A DNA stretch of 64,000 nucleotides from an uncultured Gammaproteobacteria bacterium (GCA_964409875.1 CAYPEN010000002.1:65067-129066), one strand, 5' to 3'; shown: positions 18,155 through 28,968, numbered from the stretch's first letter. The notes: generated by a model from the letters alone, not told the origin. Program-made: numbers and translations.

Positions 18155-21100
18155 ATGAAAAACTTCACAAAAAAACATATGTGGCTCTATTTCCTTAATT
18201 TCATTGTTATTGTGACAGCAATAATAAATTTTCCTGTTAACAAATATTTTATTGGATGGGATGCTTTGAACCCGGAATTTAATGTTCCCCTGAATGTTAT
18301 CCGCGCCATATTTCCTTTTTGGCAGAACAATTACGGCTTGGGAACGCTTACCGGCCACGGTTTTGCTGCAACATTACCTCATACATTAATAATTGGGCTA
18401 CTTTCCATTGTGCTACCTCAATGGTCTCTTCGCTCGTTTTTCACTTTCCTGTGTTTTTACTCTGGTGGAATCGGTATGTACTTTCTGGTTTCATACGTTC
18501 TAAGACGAATTGGAAGAGATATGGTATGGCTTTCTCAACTCATATCACCTATTGCTTTCATCAGTTCTCTTTTTTATCTGTTTAATCTTGGAACGATACA
18601 GGTATTCTATATTCAGCTTGAAGCCTTCATTGCTCAATTCGCAACACTCCCCTGGTTATTTTTGGCAGTATTTTTAGCTTTAGACAAAGGAAAGACAAAA
18701 CACTATTTATTGCTATTCCTAATAAGCCTATTTTCGAGCATTCAGGGATTTATCCCTTCGCTGTATATAGCGTATTTCACTATGCTTTTGATAACGCTTT
18801 GCGGATTTGCCTTTTCTCACAGAACAAAAGATTCGCTAGCAAGAACATTGAAGGTTTTATTTACAACGCTAGCTGCCAATCTCTATTGGCTCCTGCCGGT
18901 TGCTTATTTTCAACTGACACATGGTGCCGGTTTTTTGGAAGCATACAATAACCTTTCATCAACCCCTCACTTTATTGAGCTCAGCAAACAATATGGAAAT
19001 CTTGCTAATGTTGCTCTTTTAAAGAGCTATCTTTTTAGCTCATTTGAGCTCGGTGGATATATCCTTCAACCATACATAACACATCTTGCATCAAGCGTCG
19101 TACCAATTATCGGATACGGTATCTTTGCCTTAATTTGCTTTGGATTAGTTGCTTCGGTTATCAGATTTAAGAATTACTACACTCTTACTTTGGCCGCGTC
19201 GTTTCTCTATTTATTCTCAAGTCTTGCTATTGACACTTTCCCTTTTAACCTTCTAACAAAATTCCTACAAACCATTTCTCCAACTTACGAACAGGCATTT
19301 AGGACAACATTCACAAAATTCGGAATTGGTATGTCTTTTTTGTATTCTATCGAATTTGCTTTTGCCCTCTTTATGATTGCTTATTTTATCGGAAAAATAG
19401 GTAAAAAAATATCTTTTTATGCAATTTTTACCGTAATAGCTTTTGCTCTCATCTATTATTCCTGGCCATCCCTTTCCGGAAATCTTCTCTATAAAAAATT
19501 ACAAGTTAAAATCCCGCCTGCCTATTTTGATTTAATGGACCACATGAATTCAGACTCTGAAGGACGAATAGCTGACCTTCCCCAATATTGTACCAGTGGT
19601 TGGTATGCATATAATTGGGGCTATTTTGGCTCTGGATTTATGTGGTATGGAGTAAAACAACCGTTTCTTTCCCGTTCATTTGATGTCTGGAGCAATAATA
19701 ACGAAAACTATTATTGGGAATTATCACAGGATTTGAACTCAAAAAACTATAAGAAAGCTGCAGAAGTGTTGAATAAGTATCACGTTTCCTGGGTACTATA
19801 TGACCCTAATATCATAAGCTGCACATCGCCAAAAAATATATTAGTAAATAAAGATTTTGTTTCATATCTTACCTCAAGCAGCAACTTTTCGGTAGAAAAA
19901 ATATTCAGTAAGGGAGTCTATTCACCCATTCTCCTGCTGAGGAATAATGCAATGGCAGATACCAATTACTTTTCTTTAGAAAAAGACTTACCAAACATAG
20001 GTCCTTCTTCACAGTGGCTTGATTCTGATGAAGCAGCAGCTCCATACATTACAACATCGAAAGAAACCTATCAAACATATCTTCCCTTCCGCTCTCTGCT
20101 TACTAAAAGAGGTCCACAAAATGGTTCTAACCCTGCAATCTCCGTTCAGAATAATGAAGGGACGGTTACCACTGAATTACCTAAAATTGGGACATATCAA
20201 CTGCAAAGCAATAATTATGTATCTACTGAAAAAATGTTGCCTATTAAAATTTCACTACAAAAAAATGCAGATACAACAACAAATATCTTTCTCCAGCCGC
20301 TTTTTCCAATAGTAACCTTAAATGGTAAAGTACTCTCCTACCAAGCTCAAAAGTTATTAATTGGGATCATTTCAGCAGACGTGGAGCGGACACTGTCATT
20401 ATATGTAAATGGCCAAATTATAAAACCTACAAACAATAATTATTCCACAATGTTCTCAACTAATTCGGTCAATACTATTCAAATAACAAATGGTGAGAGC
20501 CTTCTTTACAGCTGGGAATCTTCAGATAATGTTTATCAAAATGAAATTAGTGCCTATGTCAAAGCTCAACCTTCAACAATTAATAATGGAGGGAGGCTAA
20601 CCGTAACTTTTCCTGTAATAACCGACAATGAATATTTTGGAATAAATCAAACTAATATTGCATCGATTGTTCCTGTACCGTGTAATGAAATCACACCGAC
20701 AAATAGAAATGTTTTTGAAGTTAATTCTGAGCCTGACAAACAATTTGTTCGGCTAATTTCACAAAATAGCTCTCAATGTATAAAGCTTTCCTCTCCTCAT
20801 ATATTTGATAACCAGGGCTATGTAATGAGTGTTTTGTCTGCTAATATTTCTGGAAATTTACCGCGCACCTCACTATACAACAATGGTAATCTCATATATT
20901 CAGACCTCACAACCGGAAAAAAAGGTTCGTTAACACAAACCGCGTATATCATCCCGCCATCTTCAGAGTCTGAAGTAGGATATGATTTTGAGTTTTTGAA
21001 TTCATCTCATACGAATGGCGTCAGTAAAAACGATTTTTATGGATTTTCGCTTTACCCTATTCCCTATAATTACCTCAAAAGTTTGAGGCTTATCCCTAAT

Positions 21101-21565
21101 GCGCCGGAATTCAAGCAACACCAAGCATATCCCGTTAATACAGAACAAATGTTGCCCAACCACTATAGTGTTTCTCCACAAGCTGGTGGCACTCTCACTT
21201 TTGCTCAAAGCTTTGACAAAGGATGGAAAGCATACTTACTTCCGCAAAAAAATCCGTCATGGATTCAAAGGATGCTGCCATTTATTTACGGAAAAGAATT
21301 AAAAAACCATGTTCTTTTGAACAATTGGGCGAACGGGTGGAATATTCAGGATAATCTGGCTTCAAATTCTAATGTTGTAGTTGTGTATGTTCCCCAATAT
21401 TTGGAGTTTGGAGGATTTTTATTGCTTATATTAGCTTTGCTTTCTTTTTTAACACATTCTTTTTGGATGAAAGTAAACACTGGAGTTTTAAAAGTTAATA
21501 ATTTTTTTGAGAATAAAGCACAATTCTTTAAAAGTCTTATTGAGCTACGGTTTTCAAAAACTTGA
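18155..21565 (+). CDS. Large membrane protein: N-terminal polytopic GT-C-like domain (AftD/arabinofuranosyltransferase-like architecture) plus ~700-aa extracytoplasmic domain
   Basis: Start MKNFTKKHMW at 18155 immediately after upstream stop; about 13 TM helices then a long hydrophilic domain and terminal TM; architecture reminiscent of DUF3367/AftD-type enzymes (inference). Confidence 0.55.
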   Translation: MKNFTKKHMWLYFLNFIVIVTAIINFPVNKYFIGWDALNPEFNVPLNVIRAIFPFWQNNYGLGTLTGHGFAATLPHTLIIGLLSIVLPQWSLRSFFTFLCFYSGGIGMYFLVSYVLRRIGRDMVWLSQLISPIAFISSLFYLFNLGTIQVFYIQLEAFIAQFATLPWLFLAVFLALDKGKTKHYLLLFLISLFSSIQGFIPSLYIAYFTMLLITLCGFAFSHRTKDSLARTLKVLFTTLAANLYWLLPVAYFQLTHGAGFLEAYNNLSSTPHFIELSKQYGNLANVALLKSYLFSSFELGGYILQPYITHLASSVVPIIGYGIFALICFGLVASVIRFKNYYTLTLAASFLYLFSSLAIDTFPFNLLTKFLQTISPTYEQAFRTTFTKFGIGMSFLYSIEFAFALFMIAYFIGKIGKKISFYAIFTVIAFALIYYSWPSLSGNLLYKKLQVKIPPAYFDLMDHMNSDSEGRIADLPQYCTSGWYAYNWGYFGSGFMWYGVKQPFLSRSFDVWSNNNENYYWELSQDLNSKNYKKAAEVLNKYHVSWVLYDPNIISCTSPKNILVNKDFVSYLTSSSNFSVEKIFSKGVYSPILLLRNNAMADTNYFSLEKDLPNIGPSSQWLDSDEAAAPYITTSKETYQTYLPFRSLLTKRGPQNGSNPAISVQNNEGTVTTELPKIGTYQLQSNNYVSTEKMLPIKISLQKNADTTTNIFLQPLFPIVTLNGKVLSYQAQKLLIGIISADVERTLSLYVNGQIIKPTNNNYSTMFSTNSVNTIQITNGESLLYSWESSDNVYQNEISAYVKAQPSTINNGGRLTVTFPVITDNEYFGINQTNIASIVPVPCNEITPTNRNVFEVNSEPDKQFVRLISQNSSQCIKLSSPHIFDNQGYVMSVLSANISGNLPRTSLYNNGNLIYSDLTTGKKGSLTQTAYIIPPSSESEVGYDFEFLNSSHTNGVSKNDFYGFSLYPIPYNYLKSLRLIPNAPEFKQHQAYPVNTEQMLPNHYSVSPQAGGTLTFAQSFDKGWKAYLLPQKNPSWIQRMLPFIYGKELKNHVLLNNWANGWNIQDNLASNSNVVVVYVPQYLEFGGFLLLILALLSFLTHSFWMKVNTGVLKVNNFFENKAQFFKSLIELRFSKT

Positions 21566-21931
21566 GATCCTAGGTGTAAAAAGTTTTCCAGAAGATATCC
21601 ACATTAATTTAGATATGTATATTTTTATTGATTTATCAATCTATTTTGTATTGGTACAAACTCTAGGCCTGCATCATAATATATCACTTTTGTTATAGGT
21701 TGAAGAGCTTGACAGGATATGCTATACTTTCAAAAGTATGAAACTATTTTCGTTTGCAACCAAAAATAAAAAGAGCGCGCGACGCAAGAGGATATTCTCA
21801 GATTACTATCAGGAATCGGTAAACACTTACGGAAGACAACAGCTTAAATCACTCATCGACAAAGGGCTTTCAGCTCAATGGTAATTGTTACCAAATTGGT
21901 GAGTTTGGTCTTTTAAAACGGGTAAAAAACA

Positions 21932-21983
21932 CGTTTCAAGCTTTGCTTAAAAGGGTATCAACCGTTTCAAGCTTTGCTTAAAA
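21932..21983. repeat. Tandem direct repeat (2 x ~30 bp) in a 780-bp non-coding region
   Basis: cgtttcaagctttgcttaaaa occurs twice 30 bp apart, each followed by gggta. Confidence 0.6.
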
Positions 21984-22021
21984 CGGGTACGCTAATAGTT
22001 GTATCTTTCTTCAAGAGAAAG

Positions 22022-22082
22022 AAAAAGAGCATCGCTTTCGCTACTCATAAATAAATCCAAGTACGAAAAGCAATGCTCTTTT
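22022..22082. terminator. Bidirectional Rho-independent terminator-like hairpin
   Basis: aaaaagagcatcgctttcg ...loop... cgaaaagcaatgctctttt: ~16-bp stem with flanking A-run/T-run giving U-tracts on both strands; downstream of pyk (minus) and of the 15.2-21.6 kb operon (plus). Confidence 0.5.
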
Positions 22083-22347
22083 AACTGTTAGCTTTTAGTC
22101 TTTAGGCAGGGTAAGACTATGCTAGAATTCAAAATAGCAAATTCTACACTTGCTTGTCAAGAAAAAATGCTGAAGCAAATTTTAACAGTTTAGATTGTTA
22201 AATGGATGCTTTTCACGCATGCTTAATGTTGATTGAATGAAGTGGAAGAGTTGGGCAGGCTTTTCCACTTCATTGAGTTAATATAGAGCAGCACCCTACT
22301 CCCGCAATAAAAAACAGAATCCACGCGTTAAAAAATTCCTGGAAAAA

Positions 22348-23814
22348 TTAATGAAGTTCTTTTGGAGAAATGACTTTCAAGGTTGAAACTTGACCTTCGA
22401 CCATCCAATTATCCCCATACAGAAGAATATAATACTTATTCTCATCAAACAAATTGTGTTTTTTGAGGTACTCAATCGCATTTTTCATGTCATCCAGTTT
22501 TACTTGCTGACCTTTCTTGAATATGGTCGGTTGAACGAAAGGAACAACGCCGAAATTAACCGTTAGACTATCTCTCACCTTCTCATTTGGTGCAAATACA
22601 AATATAGGCGCTTCTGCTCTATATCGGGAAAGCTTACGGGCCGTCCTACCTTTCTCTGTAAACACTACAAATCCCCCAAAATTGAAGTTTTTCTTTCGAA
22701 ACTGTAGGTAGAGGTTATATGCAGTATCGCAAAGCATTTCTTCAGCATCTACGCTTATAAAATCAAATGTGCTCCGTGTATCTTTCAGCATGACATTGCG
22801 CTCATTAAAGACAATGGTCTTTTTCATGTATCCAACTGCTTCAAGCGGGTACTGGCCCGCAGCAGATTCTTCAGACAGCATCACCATATCTGTAAGGTCA
22901 AAAACAGCATTTGCAATATCCGATATTTCAGCTCTGGTCGGATATGGGCGCTCTATCATGCTATGTATCATTTGAGTGGCCGTAATAACAGGAAAACCCC
23001 GCTCGAGACATTTCTTTATCATGATTTTCTGGTAATAAGGAACTTGCTCGATAGGAAGCTCTACTCCCAAATCCCCCCGGGCAACCATTATCCCTTCTGA
23101 TGCATCAATAACTTCATCAAGATTGTCGATAGCAAGCTTGGTTTCAATTTTTGAGATTACTCTTCCCTCAAAGCCTTCTTTGGACATGAATTTTTTGAGG
23201 TCATACACGTCTTGCGCTGTTCTGACAAAAGAAAGCGCAACAAAATCAACAGGAGAATCTGCAAATCCTCTTATTGCTTCTTTATCTCTTGAGGTTATTG
23301 CAGCAAGAGGGAAATATACGCCTGGGACATTCAGGGTTTTTCTGGTCTTAAGAATTCCATTTGAATGGGCGACAAGCGTGACAGCATCTTTTGAGGCTTT
23401 AATAACCTCAAACTGGAATTTTCCATCATCAACGACAATTTTCTGTCCTTTTTCCATATAGGACAACACAACATCGTCCGTAAGACAAAAAGTATCATTA
23501 TCTTTTTGTTTTTTGGTAATTTCAATTTCGCTTCCTTTTTTTATTGCTACTTCAGCCATTTGAGGGGTAATAAGCCTAATTTCAGGTCCCTGAAGATCAA
23601 TAAGAGTTCCTATTGCCCTATTCATTTTCTTTGCTATTTCTTTGACAAGCGCAATCTTCTCTTTGTGCCATGAAAGCTCGTTGTGTTTGAGGTTAAACCT
23701 GAATACGTCGACTCCTGTTTCGATAAGCTTTTGTATCATTTCAGGACTGTCTGATGACGGGCCAATTGTTGCTATAATCTTTGTAAATTCTCCTATATTT
23801 TTATTCATAATCAA
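22348..23814 (-). CDS. pyk: Pyruvate kinase
   Basis: Conserved PK motifs (MVARGDLGVELP, SEESAAGQYPLEAV). Confidence 0.95.
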   Translation of the reverse strand: MIMNKNIGEFTKIIATIGPSSDSPEMIQKLIETGVDVFRFNLKHNELSWHKEKIALVKEIAKKMNRAIGTLIDLQGPEIRLITPQMAEVAIKKGSEIEITKKQKDNDTFCLTDDVVLSYMEKGQKIVVDDGKFQFEVIKASKDAVTLVAHSNGILKTRKTLNVPGVYFPLAAITSRDKEAIRGFADSPVDFVALSFVRTAQDVYDLKKFMSKEGFEGRVISKIETKLAIDNLDEVIDASEGIMVARGDLGVELPIEQVPYYQKIMIKKCLERGFPVITATQMIHSMIERPYPTRAEISDIANAVFDLTDMVMLSEESAAGQYPLEAVGYMKKTIVFNERNVMLKDTRSTFDFISVDAEEMLCDTAYNLYLQFRKKNFNFGGFVVFTEKGRTARKLSRYRAEAPIFVFAPNEKVRDSLTVNFGVVPFVQPTIFKKGQQVKLDDMKNAIEYLKKHNLFDENKYYILLYGDNWMVEGQVSTLKVISPKELH

Positions 23815-23907
23815 AAAATTAACAAAGATACCGAGAGTCTCCGACGTGCGTTAGCGAGTCGAAAGAGTTGACGGTAACTTTGTAAATTCTCCTATATTTT
23901 TATTCAT
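23779..23907 (-). repeat. Perfect 30-bp direct duplication of the pyk 5' end (copies 23779-23808 and 23878-23907) flanking a 69-bp GC-richer spacer
   Basis: ctttgtaaattctcctatatttttattcat twice; on the coding strand the upstream copy initiates an 18-codon mini-ORF MNKNIGEFTKLPSTLSTR*. Confidence 0.7.
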
Positions 23908-23918
23908 GCTTGTTTCAG

Positions 23919-23947
23919 TAAAAAAGCGGCATACAATTGATACCGCC
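23919..23947 (-). terminator. Putative Rho-independent terminator for the PIN/TRAM gene
   Basis: Minus-sense GGCGGUAUCAAUUGUAUGCCGC followed by UUUUUU; 50 nt downstream of the 23997 stop. Confidence 0.4.
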
Positions 23948-23996
23948 AAAGAAGTATTCTAATACAAAAACCCTAATTTGTGAAGGGGTTATATGT

Positions 23997-24788
23997 TTAA
24001 ATCACAATTTTTCCGAAGAAAATCCTCCCAACGTCTGTCTGGATAACTCTCGAGATCAAAACTTTCACCGTCTGATCTATCAAATCTTCCCCTTCTTCAA
24101 CGACAACCATTGTTCCGTCAGGCAGATACCCTACTCCTTGCTTTTCTCCCTTTCCTTTCTGAACCACCTTGATGAAAAACGCCTCACCCGGAAGCGCTGT
24201 TGTCTTCAAAACATTTGCCATTTCATACATATCAATTGCAGTGACACTTGATATTTGTGCTTTTTTTGAAAGGTTGAAATCGCAGGTAATTATTTTCCCT
24301 TTATTCTTCTTTGCAGCCTCAATAATGCGCTCATCTACCGCTTTTTTAATACTTGAGTCGTCATATATCTCAAATTTAATATTCTTTTCCTTTCTCAGTT
24401 TTTCAAGTAGGGTCAAACCTCTTCTCCCCCGCTCTTTTTTCACCTCGTCTTTTGAATCTGCAATATGTTTCAACTCATCCAACACACCCTCAATCACAAC
24501 AAAGGTACCGGTAAAAACCCCGAGGCGAATCAAATCAAAAACACGGGCGTCAATAATTGCTGATGTATCAAGAAACAATGGGTTATCTAATTTTTTTTCA
24601 GTCTTGTTTTCACCCCTTTTTAGTTGCTTCGCAACGATATTACCGACCTCTTCGGCTATTTGGGAAACGACCCTTTGAGGCAAAAGTATGCCGTCAAGCA
24701 GCCGGTTGGCTTCATGATTCGTTGGTGAAGTCTTGGACTTTTTTGGTTCTTTTTTTATTGTTTTTACTGTTTGTTTTTTTGCTGGCAT
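23997..24788 (-). CDS. PIN/TRAM domain protein (YacL-like)
   Basis: PIN-like core (LDTSAIID...VIEGVLDELKH...IITCD) and C-terminal TRAM-like beta domain. Confidence 0.75.
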   Translation of the reverse strand: MPAKKQTVKTIKKEPKKSKTSPTNHEANRLLDGILLPQRVVSQIAEEVGNIVAKQLKRGENKTEKKLDNPLFLDTSAIIDARVFDLIRLGVFTGTFVVIEGVLDELKHIADSKDEVKKERGRRGLTLLEKLRKEKNIKFEIYDDSSIKKAVDERIIEAAKKNKGKIITCDFNLSKKAQISSVTAIDMYEMANVLKTTALPGEAFFIKVVQKGKGEKQGVGYLPDGTMVVVEEGEDLIDQTVKVLISRVIQTDVGRIFFGKIVI

Positions 24789-24830
24789 AGTTTATTTTCT
24801 TATTTTGTGTTTAAAATAGGCTGAATTATT

Positions 24831-26189
24831 CTACTTTTTACCACCCACTATTTTTAAAGCATCTTTCAAATATGGTGCTTCTTTGTACGTAACTAGATTT
24901 TTGTATCCGAACTTTTTTGCCTCTTTTACTCTTTTTTCTAGACTTATAACCCCCTTTGTCTCACCCAAAAGCCCGACTTCGGCTATTGCAACTGTTTGAG
25001 AAAGGGCGACACTTTTAATGCTTGAGGCTATCGCAAGGCAAATTGCTAAGTCTGAGGCGGTTTCTGTTATCTTTAGCCCACCCACAACATTGACAAAAAC
25101 GTCGTACTTATCAGCATTTATTGTACCATGACGCTGAAGAACAGCCAAGAGAAGCTCTAACCTCCTGTCTGAAATGCCTTGCGCAACTCGTCGGGGGAAG
25201 GCAAGATTTGAAGGAACGGTCAGGGCCTGCACTTCGATAAGAAGTGGTCTTGAACCTTCCATGATAATTGTGATACATGAACCTGGCACATTTTTGTCAG
25301 AAGCTCCCAAGAAAAAATCTTTCACATTTGAAATTTCAACTAATCCTCTTTCTTCCATAATGAAAATCCCTACTTCGCTCGTATCCCCGAAGCGGTTCTT
25401 CAGTGACCTAAGGATTCGTGTTCCTGTAAGAGCTTCACCCTCAAGATATAAAACGCAATCGACCATATGCGCGAGTAATTGTGGTCCTGCAATAGTACCC
25501 TCTTTCGTAACATGGCCTATAAAAAAGACTGGAGTATGCGTACTTTTCGCAAAATTAACAAGTTTTAACGTAGCGTAGCGTAATTGTGGAAGGGAACCGG
25601 GAAATCCGGTAGCCTGCTCGGATGCCACCGTTTGGATAGAATCGATTATTAAAATGTCTACTTTATGCTTTTCTGCTGTTGCAACAGCTTGGTCAATATC
25701 TGTACTCGAAAGTAGATATAAATCCTCATTTTGTATTCCGTTATTGCCTGCAATTCTTTCAGCTCTTATCTTTATTTGTGATTCACTTTCCTCTCCTGAA
25801 ACGTACAGTATTTTCTTTTTCCCTTTTGCCACTGCCAAGGCTATTTGCAACATTATTGTTGATTTGCCAATTCCCGGATCTCCCGATAACAGGATAACTT
25901 CTCCGGGAACAATCCCCTGTTTGAATCCTGAGCTTGTCGAAGGACCGCCCAATACTCTGTCAAATTCTGAAATGGTAGTTGAGATACGGGAGAGTTCGCT
26001 GCTTTTGACCTGGCTTACTTTTTGAATATGTTCAACGGGTTCTGCGCCTCTACTCCCAAACCCTTTTTTAGGCTTATCGGGAAGACTCATTTCCTGAAAT
26101 GTATTCCAAGACGAACATGAAGGACAAAGACCTAACCATTTGGAACTTTCATAACCGCAGTTGTTGCATACAAATATTTTCTTTGTCAT
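24831..26189 (-). CDS. radA: DNA repair protein RadA/Sms
   Basis: N-terminal C4 zinc finger (CNNCGYESSKWLGLCPSC), Walker A GDPGIGKST, KNRFG motif, Lon-like C-domain. Confidence 0.95.
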   Translation of the reverse strand: MTKKIFVCNNCGYESSKWLGLCPSCSSWNTFQEMSLPDKPKKGFGSRGAEPVEHIQKVSQVKSSELSRISTTISEFDRVLGGPSTSSGFKQGIVPGEVILLSGDPGIGKSTIMLQIALAVAKGKKKILYVSGEESESQIKIRAERIAGNNGIQNEDLYLLSSTDIDQAVATAEKHKVDILIIDSIQTVASEQATGFPGSLPQLRYATLKLVNFAKSTHTPVFFIGHVTKEGTIAGPQLLAHMVDCVLYLEGEALTGTRILRSLKNRFGDTSEVGIFIMEERGLVEISNVKDFFLGASDKNVPGSCITIIMEGSRPLLIEVQALTVPSNLAFPRRVAQGISDRRLELLLAVLQRHGTINADKYDVFVNVVGGLKITETASDLAICLAIASSIKSVALSQTVAIAEVGLLGETKGVISLEKRVKEAKKFGYKNLVTYKEAPYLKDALKIVGGKK

Positions 26190-26329
26190 GATAAATCCCC
26201 TGTAGCCAAATTAGCTTACAATTGCATGATATATATGTAGTTTAAGAATAGCAAAAGAAATTAGTTAAAACCAGGCTCGAATGTTGAGGCAGGAGATTGG
26301 TTTTTAGCACCAAACTTCGTTAAAAGGTA

Positions 26330-27403
26330 CTATCGATACGTAATAACTTTTGTCTTCAGTACCGGGGAAACAAGAACAAGCCTTTTCTTGTCGTCAAATC
26401 CAGTAACCTCGACCTCTATTGATTCATCCACTTTATACTCGGTACCTGTTGGTATTTTGCTTGAAGATATAAAACCATTGACACCTTTCTCAAGAGACAA
26501 AGTAATGCCTTTCGACTTCACATCTATGACCGTTCCTTTAACAGTCTCTTCCAATTTATACTTCTTCTTTACTTCCTCAAAGGCATCTTTCTCAAGTCTC
26601 TTAAGAGATAAATTGACTCTTTTGTTCTCGACATCGATACCGATTACTTGAGTTTCCAGTGTTTCTCCTATCTTAAACTTTGATTCCAAGCCTTCAACTC
26701 TTTGATGTGAGACTTCTGAAATATGTATAAATCCTTCAATCAATATGCCTTCTTTAGGCGATATTTCCAAATAAATTCCATATGAAGTAACAAGCGTTAC
26801 CACTCCTTTTATAACAGTATCCCGCTTCAAATATTTCTCTATCTCGGAAACATTCATAAGATAGTGAGTAGCTTTCTGTGATACAATTACTCTCTTCTTC
26901 TCTCTATCAAATTCTATAACCTTTACCTCAACATCATCGCCTTGATTGAGCCTTCCCTCCAAAAGTTGGGAATTCGGCAAAAATCCTTTGATTCCCCCAT
27001 CCGTTTCGATAAAATAGCCACCTCGTGTCACTTCAAGAATATGCGCAGTAAGCGTCGTATCTGCCCGAAAAACACTTTCTAACGCTCCATACACCTTCTC
27101 CTCAAGCATTCTTCGAAGGGATAATACCGGAAAACCTTCTTCAGATTCAGGTGAAATAACGCTTGCTGTCACTTTATCACCCACCTTCAAAAGACTTAAA
27201 AGGTTCTCAAGATTTTGCTTGTCATACTCGATAACAAGCGCATCGGATTTATAACCGATATCAAGAAGAATTTCTTTTGGGGTAAGTTTTTTGACTGTTC
27301 CGGTCACAATATCTCCTCTTTTAAGAGCATTAAACGAAGAAGATTGGCGGGACATTAATTCCGCCATTGAAGTTGCTTTAGTAGTAGATGTCGAATTTGC
27401 CAC
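26330..27403 (-). CDS. rpsA: 30S ribosomal protein S1 (short, 4 S1 domains)
   Basis: Four tandem S1 OB-fold units (GDIVTGTVKKL..., VIKGVVTLVTSYGIYLEI..., etc.). Confidence 0.75.
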   Translation of the reverse strand: MANSTSTTKATSMAELMSRQSSSFNALKRGDIVTGTVKKLTPKEILLDIGYKSDALVIEYDKQNLENLLSLLKVGDKVTASVISPESEEGFPVLSLRRMLEEKVYGALESVFRADTTLTAHILEVTRGGYFIETDGGIKGFLPNSQLLEGRLNQGDDVEVKVIEFDREKKRVIVSQKATHYLMNVSEIEKYLKRDTVIKGVVTLVTSYGIYLEISPKEGILIEGFIHISEVSHQRVEGLESKFKIGETLETQVIGIDVENKRVNLSLKRLEKDAFEEVKKKYKLEETVKGTVIDVKSKGITLSLEKGVNGFISSSKIPTGTEYKVDESIEVEVTGFDDKKRLVLVSPVLKTKVITYR

Positions 27404-27517
27404 TCAAATTATTTCCTTTCATTTTCAGAATAAGCTATTTTATCATAAAGAACAGGCAAACACAAAACTATTTTTTCCATTGATTGAACTCGTGACCGCT
27501 GGTATACTAGCAAGAAG

Positions 27518-28948
27518 GTGGCAGCTGAAGTTTTTTCATTCGCTCAAGTCTTGGGGGTGGAACTGCTAAGAGTTCCTGACTCTCCTGCGGCCGATTTTCA
27601 AGATTCTCCAGCTAACGTACTACCTTTTCCTTCAGAATTGGATCCAAAAGAATATCGGCAATTTACCCTTCCAACCGGTGAAACACTTCCTCTTAGCGGA
27701 CTTAAGGCGCTTTACATGCAAGCATTAATTTCGACAAGTCGAGAGAATCCACTTCTTGATAGTGATGCCAGAAATGCGTTGAGAAAACCTGGTGAGGACA
27801 TCACACCCAAAAAACTTCAAAGAAGATTGTTGCAAACAAGATGGCAACTGAATGAATGGTTCCAGGCATATGGTATACGATATGCAGTTGCTGAATGCTT
27901 TCATGAGGTTTCACCTAGTCAACTGCAAAGAGCACACTATCTGAGACCATTTGAACGCATTGAACCGGACGAAATGAAAGAACTTGCCGACCCTGCTACT
28001 CATCTGACAAATGAGACTGACCATGGTGTTCCTCCCGCAATTCCCGAGACACCTACTGTACCATCCCCACCAAAAACTCCTTCTATCCAGGCCCAATTGC
28101 GTGGCCTCATTGAGGAAGGGAAATATACCTACCTTCAAATTACTGCCCTTCTCTACCCGGGAATTCCTCTTGCCACCGCGAAAAATCGATTAAGTCCTCA
28201 GCTTAATCGATTGCGCGGCACTCTTTTGAACGAAGGTCTTTTTATTCCTGACGGGAGGAAAAATCTAGGCGGAGTTGTTACAGTGAAAAAAATAGGCGAA
28301 GAAGATGCTCTTCAGACACCGGAACAGGTGAAAGAGAAATCAGTAATGGAACATGCCGTAGAAAATGAAAACACTCCAATAACTCCACCTACCACAACAG
28401 ATAACCCAGATACGGTACCACAAGAGGCAGAAGATTTCTCTGACGAAGATGAACCGGCTCAAATAATCAACAGGGCACAGAAACGGGCTGAAGCCAAAAC
28501 CTCACCCAAATCAAAGCTCACAATTACACAAAATCCTGATTTTCCGGGAAAAGTTGAGGCTCGAATTGAAATACCGGGCAAAGGAAAAACACCTGGCCTT
28601 CAACTTAGCAGGGATGAAGCGCTCCTTTTTGAAACTATTTTTACGTCTCCCCAGTCATACACACATCCGGATTTGGAATTAAAAATGGTAGATATTGCAC
28701 GAAGTGCGGTGTTTGATAGTAGAGGTGGATTTGAAAGAGTATTTAACTCACTTAATAAAAAGCTGACAAAATGGCATATCAACATTTCTTTTAATGACAA
28801 AGAACAACTGGTTCTTTCGAATGCCACAGACAACCCGCTTACGCTTACTCCCGTTTTTCGCGACTATGAAAGTGACTTTGAAGAGAGACTCCAGGGACAG
28901 GAAAGACAAAGGCGGCGCCAACCCTCTCATGGCAAACTCCGACTCTAA
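27518..28948 (+). CDS. Hypothetical protein (acidic, Pro-rich central region)
   Basis: Long ORF with no recognisable domain; start uncertain. Confidence 0.45.
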   Translation: MAAEVFSFAQVLGVELLRVPDSPAADFQDSPANVLPFPSELDPKEYRQFTLPTGETLPLSGLKALYMQALISTSRENPLLDSDARNALRKPGEDITPKKLQRRLLQTRWQLNEWFQAYGIRYAVAECFHEVSPSQLQRAHYLRPFERIEPDEMKELADPATHLTNETDHGVPPAIPETPTVPSPPKTPSIQAQLRGLIEEGKYTYLQITALLYPGIPLATAKNRLSPQLNRLRGTLLNEGLFIPDGRKNLGGVVTVKKIGEEDALQTPEQVKEKSVMEHAVENENTPITPPTTTDNPDTVPQEAEDFSDEDEPAQIINRAQKRAEAKTSPKSKLTITQNPDFPGKVEARIEIPGKGKTPGLQLSRDEALLFETIFTSPQSYTHPDLELKMVDIARSAVFDSRGGFERVFNSLNKKLTKWHINISFNDKEQLVLSNATDNPLTLTPVFRDYESDFEERLQGQERQRRRQPSHGKLRL

Positions 28949-28968
28949 AACATGGTATGATATAGGTT

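Noticed and set aside
21932-21983. Possible CRISPR array
   Set aside because: Only two repeat copies, directly adjacent (no spacer-repeat periodicity), and no cas genes; treated as a simple tandem repeat.
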